This document shows, piece after piece, positions 56,278-64,000 of a stretch of DNA of 64,000 nt. Source of the stretch: Candidatus Eiseniibacteriota bacterium (lineage in GTDB: Bacteria > Eisenbacteria > RBG-16-71-46 > JABDJR01); NCBI GenBank assembly GCA_963783375.1, contig CAWANH010000028.1, positions 1,280,001 to 1,344,000 of the forward strand. The letters run 5' to 3'. The translations under genes and the position numbers were made by a program. The notes beneath the pieces are model-generated. The model was given only the letters and a program-made list of their open reading frames with translations, ran no database searches and had not been told where the DNA came from. Position 1 is the first letter of the stretch. Each line of letters begins with the position of its first letter.

Positions 56278-57018
56278 CTAGCTCTTCGTCTCCTCGTCCA
56301 CGAACTTGTAGCCGACCTTGTGGATCGTACGGATGAATCGGCTGCGATCCCGGCCTCCCTCGAGCTTGCGGCGGAGGTTGGCAATGTGGGTATCCACGGT
56401 CCGGCTGGTTGGAAGGTCGTCCGCGTCCTTTCCCCAGATCTCGTCCAGGAGCCGCTCCCTCGTGATGGTCTGACCCACGTTGGTGATGAACAGGCGCAGG
56501 ACCTCGAACTCCTTGAACGAGAGTTGAATCTCCCGACCGCGCTTCCGGCACTCGCGCCGCGCGAGATCCACCTCGACGTCCCCGAAGGAATAGGTCTCCA
56601 CCGGCTCCTTCTCCCGGTCGGCCTGGGTTCGGCGGAGCACCGCGGTGATGCGGGCGAGGAGTTCGCGGATGGAAAACGGCTTGGTCACGTAGTCGTCGGC
56701 TCCCAGGCGGAACCCCTCGACCTTGTCCGCCTCCATACCCTTTGCGGTGATGAGGATGACCGGCACCTCCCTGTCCTCGGCGCGAATGGCTTCCAGGACC
56801 TCGAACCCGCTCATCTCGGGAAGCATGATGTCCAGAAGCACCATGTCGGGGCGCTCCCGCGACCAGGTGCTGAGGCCCGCGCGGCCGGTGGTGGCGGTCA
56901 GCACCGAGAAGCCCTCGAAGGCGAGGTTGTGTTCGAGTCCGATCAGCATGTCCGGTTCGTCCTCGATGATGAGGATCCTGGCGGGAGCCTGATTCGTGAC
57001 CGCTTCTGGATTGCTCAT
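56278..57018 (-). CDS. OmpR-family response regulator
   Basis: ILIIEDE, LLDIMLP, GADDYVTKPF, RTVDTHIANLRRKL, VGYKF. Confidence 0.95.
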   Translation of the reverse strand: MSNPEAVTNQAPARILIIEDEPDMLIGLEHNLAFEGFSVLTATTGRAGLSTWSRERPDMVLLDIMLPEMSGFEVLEAIRAEDREVPVILITAKGMEADKVEGFRLGADDYVTKPFSIRELLARITAVLRRTQADREKEPVETYSFGDVEVDLARRECRKRGREIQLSFKEFEVLRLFITNVGQTITRERLLDEIWGKDADDLPTSRTVDTHIANLRRKLEGGRDRSRFIRTIHKVGYKFVDEETKS

Positions 57019-58664
57019 GCCTGGTGTCCCTCCTGGCCGGGATGGTTTCCATCCGGCGTCCTGGACGCGTCCTCGATGGGGAGGAAGATCATGAACGTGC
57101 TGCCCTCGCCGAGCCGGCTCTCCAACGTGATCCGGCCGCCGTGAGCATCGACAATATGCCTGACCAGCGTCAGCCCCAGCCCCGACCCCTTGACGTCGTG
57201 GATCAGTCCCCTTTCGACCCGGTAGAACTGCTCGAATATCTTATCCTGTTCCCGGGGGGGTATGCCCACCCCGTGATCCTGGACCAGGATACGGGCCTCG
57301 CCGTCCTGCCGGCTGAGTTCCACTCTAAGGTATTTCCTGTCTCTCGAGTACTTGATGGCGTTGTCCATGAGGTTCAGGAGAGCCTGGGTGACTCCTTCGC
57401 CGTCCGCGGGGACCGGGGGGAGATCCTCGGCCAACCGGATCTCCACCTCGAAACCCTGCCGGCGGAGCTGGAAGTCGTAGGCGGAAAGCGTCTCGTTGAT
57501 GATGGCGGCCAGGTCCACCGGTTGCATCTGGTAGGTCTTCCGCCCCTGTTCGATCCGGTTCACGTCCAGGACGTTGTTGATGAGGTGGGTGAGTCGCTGG
57601 CTCTCCTTGTGGATGACCCGGAGGAACTCCTTGCGTTTCTCCGGGTCCGGGACGCGATCCAGCTCCAGGGTCTCCGCGAACAGACGAATCAGGGCGAGGG
57701 GGGTCTTGAGCTCGTGGGAAACATTGCTCACGAAGGTCGACTTCACCTCGGCCAGCTCCATCTCGTGGAGGACGTAGCGCAGCGTGAAGGCCACCGCCAC
57801 CAGGATCACCAGGAACATGGTCACGATCACCGCGAGATCCGTGATCACCACGCTGCGCACCCAGCTCTCGAACCGGTCGTTCTGGAGCTGGATGCCCACC
57901 CGGTAGAAGGGGAGCACGCGCGTGAAGGGGCGAACGCCGATGTATCCGGTGTGGAGCCCCGGTTCGGTCTGGAAGAAGGGCGTCCCCTCCTCGTCCATGA
58001 GGGTCACCGCCACCGGGGTCGGCGAAAGGGCCCCGCGAAAGACGTCGGGGTTGCTCACCAGCTCCTTGGTCAGGGTCTGCTCCAGGAATCCGCTCTCGCT
58101 CTGGACGTAGGCCAGGTTCCAGACGAACGCCGCCACACCCAGGAGTTCCCCGTCGTCGGAGTGCAGGGTGAAGTAGGTCACCTCGGCGGGGGCAAGGGAG
58201 TCGGGGGACGTGATGTGGCTGAGGGGGCTGGGTAGGATCTGGTGCTTGGGCAGGGTGGCCATGATCGGGCGCATGACCCAGTCGGGGGGGGGTACGAAGG
58301 CCAGGGGGAGGCTTGCGTGAATGTCCGGGTAGTAGACGAGACCCACCGGGCTCACGAAGAAGGCCTGCCGGTAGAGAGGGTTCTCGTCCTGGAACCGGTT
58401 CAGGAACTCCTTGACCTCCACCGGGTTCTCGGGAGGCACGAGCCGGGCGGAGACCATGTTGAGCTGTTCCTTCTCCCAGTAGGCGTCTTCCAGGGCGTTC
58501 ACCGCAATGCGGGCGGTGTAGTCTCCATAATCGGAGCGTACCGTCCGGGTGATATTGGTGAAGTCGCGGAGCAGCCTCACGCCCAAGAGGCTCAGGAACA
58601 ACGCAGGCAACGCCAGCCCCGCGGCCAGGAGAACAAGGAGGAGCCTCTTCCGGGGGCGTTTCAT
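57015..58664 (-). CDS. Sensor histidine kinase
   Basis: VSHELKTPL, NLMDNAIKY, DHGVGI, FEQFYR, GSGLGL. ATGA overlap with the regulator gene. Confidence 0.93.
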   Translation of the reverse strand: MKRPRKRLLLVLLAAGLALPALFLSLLGVRLLRDFTNITRTVRSDYGDYTARIAVNALEDAYWEKEQLNMVSARLVPPENPVEVKEFLNRFQDENPLYRQAFFVSPVGLVYYPDIHASLPLAFVPPPDWVMRPIMATLPKHQILPSPLSHITSPDSLAPAEVTYFTLHSDDGELLGVAAFVWNLAYVQSESGFLEQTLTKELVSNPDVFRGALSPTPVAVTLMDEEGTPFFQTEPGLHTGYIGVRPFTRVLPFYRVGIQLQNDRFESWVRSVVITDLAVIVTMFLVILVAVAFTLRYVLHEMELAEVKSTFVSNVSHELKTPLALIRLFAETLELDRVPDPEKRKEFLRVIHKESQRLTHLINNVLDVNRIEQGRKTYQMQPVDLAAIINETLSAYDFQLRRQGFEVEIRLAEDLPPVPADGEGVTQALLNLMDNAIKYSRDRKYLRVELSRQDGEARILVQDHGVGIPPREQDKIFEQFYRVERGLIHDVKGSGLGLTLVRHIVDAHGGRITLESRLGEGSTFMIFLPIEDASRTPDGNHPGQEGHQA

Positions 58665-58692
58665 GGGAGGGCGGGCTCGGCGGTCACCGGGG

Positions 58693-59187
58693 TCAGAACC
58701 TCACCGTGGTCCTGGATCTCACCGCCAGGGAGGCTTCGAGGTGGAGCCGGTGAATGATCGATTCCCGGTCGGAGGTGAGGATCGCGAAGACTCCGTGGGC
58801 CCCGGTGGAGATCTGGAGCTGGACCAGGTTGGATCCGAGCACGTCGTGGCCGCAGGCCTGCCCGAGCCGGGACCGGAGCTCGGGTTCGGCGGCCAGCCGG
58901 GTGGCCAGTTCCTGTCGTTCGTAGGCGAATCGGAGGAGGGGCTCAGCCACCGAGGGATCGTTGGAGTAGTAGTAGTAGACCACCCCGCGGCGGAGGGAAC
59001 CCACCTCCTGCTGGGCCAGGGGGAATACCTCCTGGTAACGGCTCCACAGGTCGCAGACCGGACACCCCGGAACGGTAGGGCGCTCCGCCGCATTGGGGAC
59101 CTGGCCGGAGGAAACGCCGGTCCGCGCCCCCAGAAGCAGGCAGAAGGCCAGTCCCGCCCCCAGGCCCGTCCGGATCGTCTTCCGCAT
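58693..59187 (-). CDS. Secreted hypothetical protein with CxxC, first gene of the two-component operon
   Basis: GAAGGAG RBS, signal-like N-terminus, CPVC and ACGH. Ends 28 bp before the kinase start. Confidence 0.7.
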   Translation of the reverse strand: MRKTIRTGLGAGLAFCLLLGARTGVSSGQVPNAAERPTVPGCPVCDLWSRYQEVFPLAQQEVGSLRRGVVYYYYSNDPSVAEPLLRFAYERQELATRLAAEPELRSRLGQACGHDVLGSNLVQLQISTGAHGVFAILTSDRESIIHRLHLEASLAVRSRTTVRF

Positions 59188-59374
59188 GAATCTCTCCTTC
59201 GGCCCGCCACCGGGTGCCAGGACCGGTTCCCGCCGTCCCGCTTTCCCTTCATAATGGTACGCGTCGGGGGATCTCCCCGGAGGTGCCGATAGGAACTATA
59301 ACCCGTCCGGGGCCTTTTCATGGATGGGGGGCGCCGTTCCCGGTGACCGGGGCCGGCGTGCCGAGGACAAAGGA

Positions 59375-61180
59375 ATGTATGAAGCCCACTTCGGGTTGAA
59401 CGCGAATCCATTCAGCTCGAGCCCGCTGCCGGAGTTCGTCTACGAGAGCCGGGAGCACCGCGAGGCCCTCGCCCATTTCCAGTACGCTCTGGCCAACCGG
59501 GAGGCGTTCGTGCTCCTCACCGGCGAGGTCGGGACGGGGAAGACGACGGCGATCCAGGCCCTCCGCCGCCTGCTCCCCGACGGGACCCCGGTGGCCGTGG
59601 TCACCCACACCACCCTGGAGCCCCGGGAGCTTCTCGACGAGATCGCGCTCCGGTTCGGCTTGGAGCCGGCGACCGGCGAGAGCAAGCCGATGCTCATGCG
59701 CCGGATGGAGACCTTTCTGGAAGACCACCGGCGGGGAGGAGGTCAGGCCCTGGTGGTCCTGGACGAGGCCCATCTCCTGAGCCCCTCGCTCCTGGAGGAG
59801 GTTCGACTCCTCTCCAATCTGGAGAGCATTCACGGAGGGAAGCTGATCCAGATCTGCCTGGTGGGCCAGCCCGAGCTGGAGTCCCATCTCCACCAGCCGC
59901 AGCTCCGCCAGCTTCGCCAGCGCATCAGCGTGCGCTACGCCCTCAAACCCCTGAACCGGGAGGAGACCCGGGGCTACATCCACCACCGCCTCGCCGCGGC
60001 GGGCGCGAGCGATCCGGCCGCCATCTTTCCCCCGGAAGCCGCCGGCGCGATCCACGCCCTGAGCCAGGGGATTCCCCGGGAGATCAACGTGCTGGCCGGG
60101 CAGGCCCTATTGAACGCCTACCTGGAAGAGGCCCCGATCGTATCCCGAAACCACGTCTTCTCCGCCAAGTCGGACTACGGGTTCGAGGGGATCGTGACCG
60201 GAGCCGCCGCCCTCTCGCCGGAAGGGGCCCCGAGTCCTCCTCCCCCGCGCACCCTGCCCGTCGCGCCTCCCCGGACGTCGGCGCCTCGAAGCGTTCCGCC
60301 TCCCCCAAGCGAGCCTACCCGTACCGCTCCCCCGGCCGGGGACGTTCCGCGCCCCGCGCGCCGGCCCATTCCGCTCCCGCCGGCCTCGCTCCGCCCCCCG
60401 CCCCGGGTGGAGCCGTCCTCTGCGGCTCCGCGCCCCGCTCCCGCCCCCGCCGCTCCCCGCGCCCGGCTGAGCGCCGGTCCCGGACTGGCCGCGGCGCCCC
60501 GGCGAAAATCCAGGCGGACGGTCTGGATAGCGGGGCTGGTCGTGCTGGTGGTCCTGGTGGGCGCCGGGGCGATCTGGCTCCGGGGAGGAGAGCCCAAACC
60601 CGAAGCGGATCTGGAAATCGCGTCCCTGCCCGGCGGGAACCCCGGTGGGACCGGCCCCGAGGCCTCGGAGAGCGCGCGCACCGGGGCCGGCATGAATCCG
60701 GTGATCGACACCACCGCCGGCGTTTCCCTCCCCCCCGCGGCCGTCGCCGCCGGGTATCCGGCCGCCGAGGCGGAGTCTTCGGGCGTCGCGGCCCCCTCGG
60801 CCATGAGCGCAGCGCCCGACACCCAGGGCGCCGCGGCCGCTCCGTCCCAGGACCTTTCGCCGCCGGCCGCCGCCGGCGGCGACGGGGAATCCGGGCTCCT
60901 CGCGGTCCAGGTGGCGTCGTTTCAGACCCGGCGCCGGGCCGAAGCGGTGCGGGACGCGGTGAGCCGGAGCACCGGCCTTCCGGCCGCGGTTCTCCCGGCC
61001 GAGGTGGACGGCGCGGTGTGGTACCGCATTCTCATGGGGGCCTTCGACTCCGAGGCTGCGGCCCGGTCGGCGGCGGAGCCGCTTCTGCGGGCCCGGACCA
61101 TTCGCGTGGTGGTGGTGCGGCAGATCCCCGGGAGCTGGGAGCCGTTCCTGAGCGGGACCGGGCCCGCTCCCCCGGGCTGA
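59375..61180 (+). CDS. ExeA/GspA-family AAA ATPase with a Pro-rich linker, TM helix and C-terminal SPOR domain
   Basis: MYEAHFGL..NPF, LTGEVGTGKTT, VLDEAH, LVGQPEL, LRQRI, GIPREIN. SPOR-like VQVASF ... WYRILMGAF. Confidence 0.9.
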   Translation: MYEAHFGLNANPFSSSPLPEFVYESREHREALAHFQYALANREAFVLLTGEVGTGKTTAIQALRRLLPDGTPVAVVTHTTLEPRELLDEIALRFGLEPATGESKPMLMRRMETFLEDHRRGGGQALVVLDEAHLLSPSLLEEVRLLSNLESIHGGKLIQICLVGQPELESHLHQPQLRQLRQRISVRYALKPLNREETRGYIHHRLAAAGASDPAAIFPPEAAGAIHALSQGIPREINVLAGQALLNAYLEEAPIVSRNHVFSAKSDYGFEGIVTGAAALSPEGAPSPPPPRTLPVAPPRTSAPRSVPPPPSEPTRTAPPAGDVPRPARRPIPLPPASLRPPPRVEPSSAAPRPAPAPAAPRARLSAGPGLAAAPRRKSRRTVWIAGLVVLVVLVGAGAIWLRGGEPKPEADLEIASLPGGNPGGTGPEASESARTGAGMNPVIDTTAGVSLPPAAVAAGYPAAEAESSGVAAPSAMSAAPDTQGAAAAPSQDLSPPAAAGGDGESGLLAVQVASFQTRRRAEAVRDAVSRSTGLPAAVLPAEVDGAVWYRILMGAFDSEAAARSAAEPLLRARTIRVVVVRQIPGSWEPFLSGTGPAPPG

Positions 61181-61213
61181 TCGGCGCGTTCACCGGCCCT
61201 GAGGCCACCTTCG

Positions 61214-61243
61214 TTGACATCCGGGGGGGAACCGGGATTTAAT
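61214..61243 (+). promoter_or_regulatory. sigma70-type promoter
   Basis: TTGACA-N18-TTTAAT, ending 10 bp before ATG 61254. Confidence 0.55.
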
Positions 61244-61253
61244 CGGGGGCTCC

Positions 61254-62359
61254 ATGATCGAACTCATCGTTTTCTCCAAGCCGTTCCGTGCCGCTTCCGT
61301 CGCGGTGGCGCTGGCCGCCGTGCTCCTGGTCTCATCCTGCGGAGGGGGGGGGAGAGGCGGGTTCCGCACGTCTCCGTACCGCCCGCGGACACCTTGCGGG
61401 TCCCGGGTGAGACTCATCTCAAGAACGTGCGTCAGCTCACCTTCGGGGGGGAGAACGCCGAGGCGTACTTCTCCCCGGACGGGAAGGAGCTGGTCCTCCA
61501 GTCCACCCGCCCGCCCTACCAGTGCGACCAGATCTTCCGCATGACCACCGACGGGAAGAACCTGGAGCGGGTGAGCAACGGCGAGGGGCGCACCACCTGC
61601 TCCTACTTCCTCCCCGACGGGGCCTCGATCCTCTATTCCTCGACCTTTCTCGCCTCCCCCGACTGCCCGCCCCGGCCCGACATGAGCCACGGCTACGTCT
61701 GGGCCATTTATCCCGGCTACGACATCTTCGTCCGCTCCCCGGAGGACAGCCTGACGCGGATCACCAAGACCCCGGGCTACGACGCCGAGGCCACGGTGAG
61801 CCCGACCGGGGACAAGATCGTCTTCACCTCGATGCGGAACGGGGATCTCGACATATACACCATGAACCTGGACGGAACCGGGGTGCGCCAGCTCACCGAT
61901 CTCCTGGGATACGACGGCGGTCCCTTCTTCTCCCCGGACGGGAGCGAGATCGTCTACCGCGCCTATCATCCCGCCGATCTGGAGGAGGAAGAGGACTATC
62001 GGGGGCTCCTGGCCCGTAATCTCATACGGCCCGGGAAGCTGAACCTCTACGTGATGAACGCGGACGGGAGCGACAAGCGGCTGATCCTGGAGAACGGGGC
62101 GGCCAACTTCGCGCCCTATTTCTTCCCGGACGGGGAGCGCATCATCTTCAGCTCGAACCTGGACGATCCCAAGGGGATGAACTTCGATCTCTACATGATC
62201 CACAAGGACGGCACCGGCTTGGAGCGGATCACCTTCAACAAGACCTTCGACGGTTTCCCGATGTTCTCGCCGGACGGGCGGCAGTTGGTCTTCGCTTCGA
62301 ACCGCAACAACCGTGCCCCGCACGACACCAACATCTTCATCGCCGATTGGGTGGAGTAG
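61254..62359 (+). CDS. TolB-like PD40 beta-propeller lipoprotein, frameshifted at a G9 run as sequenced
   Basis: The signal peptide and lipobox (..VLLVSSC) are in the 61254 frame. The body (GETHLKNVRQLTFGGENAEAYFSPDG, GYDAEAT, YDGGPFFSPDG, FDGFPMFSPDG) is in the 61214 frame. The junction is at G9, 61344-61352. Confidence 0.82.
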
Positions 62360-62379
62360 AACCGAAGAAAGGAATCGAC

Positions 62380-63042
62380 ATGAAGGTATCGAGCGCCTGG
62401 TCCTGGCTGATCGCCGTCGCGCTGGGAGCGGTTCTGGCCGCGGGTTGCGGGGGCGGGAAGCTTCCCGAGAACCAGCAGACCGATGGCCAGAGCGCGAACC
62501 AGCTCCCGGAGGGACACCCGCCCCTCAACGGCCAGGGCGGGCCGATGGCCCAGAGCCAGGGTATGCTGGGGAGCGAAGGCCCCACCGACGACAACCCCCT
62601 GCCCCTGAAGCTCAGCGGTCTGAACAGCGTGGAAGAGCTGAAGAGCGGCATGGCGGCGACCAGGAACGAGCAGGCGGCGAAGCTGTTCGAGGACGGTTTC
62701 CGGAAGACCTTCACCGCGGACAACTCCAAGCGGGACTACGCAGGGGCGGCCGCCGATCTGAAGCAGGCCATCGCCCTGGATCCGAAGTACGCCCAGGCCT
62801 ACCGGGCCCTGGGCTACGCCGAATTCAACATGGGCTTCAATGTGGACGGGGCCATGGCCGACTATCAGAAGGCCATCGAGCTGGACCCGAACTACGGCGA
62901 GGCCCAGTACGCCATCGCCTTCATGTACGCGATGACCGACCGGGAGAAGGGCGCGGACCACTTCAAGAAGGCCATGGAGCTGGGAGTGCCCGACGAGCGG
63001 CATCTCGGTGAGCGCTTCTACCAGGACGTGAAGGTGAAGTAG
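62380..63042 (+). CDS. Tetratricopeptide-repeat lipoprotein
   Basis: Lipobox AAGC, LPEGHPPL linker, TPR units AIALDPKY and AIELDPNY. AAAGGA RBS. Confidence 0.87.
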   Translation: MKVSSAWSWLIAVALGAVLAAGCGGGKLPENQQTDGQSANQLPEGHPPLNGQGGPMAQSQGMLGSEGPTDDNPLPLKLSGLNSVEELKSGMAATRNEQAAKLFEDGFRKTFTADNSKRDYAGAAADLKQAIALDPKYAQAYRALGYAEFNMGFNVDGAMADYQKAIELDPNYGEAQYAIAFMYAMTDREKGADHFKKAMELGVPDERHLGERFYQDVKVK

Positions 63043-63080
63043 GCGCGGTGACCGGGCCGATCGGTCCGGTTCCGGGCATG

Positions 63081-63120
63081 AAAACGGCGGGGGCCGCCCT
63101 CGGGCGACCCCCGCCTTTGT
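63081..63120. terminator. Probable bidirectional terminator between convergent genes
   Basis: AAAAC, then a GGCGGGGG...CCCCCGCC stem, then TTTGT. Confidence 0.65.
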
Positions 63121-63149
63121 CGTGCCTTGCGGCGCCTGCGCGCCGGGCG

Positions 63150-64000
63150 TTACCGGACCAGCACCGCCCGCCGCACCAGTTCCGTCCTGCCGCTATGGAG
63201 GCGGATGAAGTAGATGCCGCCGGCCAGGGCCCGGCCGCGATCATCCCGCCCGTCCCAGCTCACGGTGTGACGGCCCGCCCCCCAGTTCCCCTCGGCCAGG
63301 GTGTTCACCCGGCGGCCGGCCAGGTCGTACACCTCGACCCGCACCGTGGCCGGCTCGGGCAGGGTGAAGGCCACCGCGGTCCCCCTGGAGAAGGGGTTGG
63401 GGCTGTTCTGGGCCAGGGCCAGAATCCGAGGCTCTCCGGCCGGCTCCTCGGGCACCCCGGTCACCGTGACGTTCACCGGCACCGTGGCCTGGTTCATCGC
63501 CACCGGTGGCGCCATCCCCTGGTTCACCCATGCGTTGTAGAGGTCCAACCCCGCGTTGTTGGTGACGTTGGCGTCCCGGAGGAACTCCACGTACTCCTTG
63601 CTGGTGCTCTGATAGTAGAGGGTGACCCGGACCGATTCCGCGGTGGCGGGAAGGAAGTAGCGCGTGTCGTCCCAGTACTGCCCGTCGGCGTAGCTGTAAC
63701 CCACCGGTGGCGACTGGATCGCCTTGAAGGCGGCGTTGGTGAAGCCGCGCGGGGGGATCCGGTCGTCGAAGTAGACGGTGTCGTTCAGCACGAAGTGGAA
63801 CGAGGGCCCGGCCGGGAAGCCCAGGGCGCCGGCCAGGGACGGGCTCAGGCCCCCGTGGATCTCGTAGATCTTGAGGTCCGCGTCGTGGTCGAGAACCCCG
63901 GTCCCGGAGTCGTACGTCCCGGATTCGTAGACGGGTTGCCCACCCGAATCGATCGCCTCGACGTGGAGCCACACCCGCCGCCCTTCCGGGTAGCCGGAGG
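63150..64000 (-). CDS. C-terminal part of a large secreted protein, probably multiheme cytochrome c family, with a FlgD-Ig/T9SS-like tail (5' end outside the window)
   Basis: PSGYPEGRRVWLHV, FHFVLND..FDDRIPPRGF and LYYQSTS resemble the post-heme region of such proteins. Tail LAQNSPNPF...WDGRDD.G...GIYFIRL. No CxxCH lies in the visible part. Confidence 0.7.
   Translation of the reverse strand, partial: SGYPEGRRVWLHVEAIDSGGQPVYESGTYDSGTGVLDHDADLKIYEIHGGLSPSLAGALGFPAGPSFHFVLNDTVYFDDRIPPRGFTNAAFKAIQSPPVGYSYADGQYWDDTRYFLPATAESVRVTLYYQSTSKEYVEFLRDANVTNNAGLDLYNAWVNQGMAPPVAMNQATVPVNVTVTGVPEEPAGEPRILALAQNSPNPFSRGTAVAFTLPEPATVRVEVYDLAGRRVNTLAEGNWGAGRHTVSWDGRDDRGRALAGGIYFIRLHSGRTELVRRAVLVR

Overview
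A very GC-rich bacterial chromosomal window with about 50 tightly packed genes and no tRNA, rRNA, transposase, phage block or CRISPR-Cas system that I can support. Secreted proteins ending in FlgD-Ig/T9SS-like domains or in a short [ST]W[SG]x[IL]KxL[YF] tail suggest an FCB-group candidate lineage such as Eisenbacteria, Krumholzibacteriota or Latescibacterota (inference only). The main finding is the 1.8 kb gap between a PIN-PhoH gene and rfbC. It holds a candidate ~910-nt structured non-coding RNA (about 4607-5520) with a sigma70-type promoter (TTGACC-N17-TACCTT), base-paired 5' and 3' ends followed by a T-tract, and about nine copies of one helix/purine-rich internal loop/helix module. A cluster of DnaA-box-like 9-mers lies upstream of it. 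Other items of note are a split damage-inducible mutagenesis system (small accessory gene plus dinB, and a dnaE2-like gene) whose two promoters share a 16-bp candidate LexA operator, a six-copy 29-bp palindromic repeat cluster, a divergent RelA/SpoT-fold protein, a histidine ammonia-lyase with a ~120-aa insertion, a divergent metK coupled to a methionine gamma-lyase, and a poly-G frameshift in a TolB-like lipoprotein. All calls come from reading the sequence by eye; no database searches or folding programs were run.
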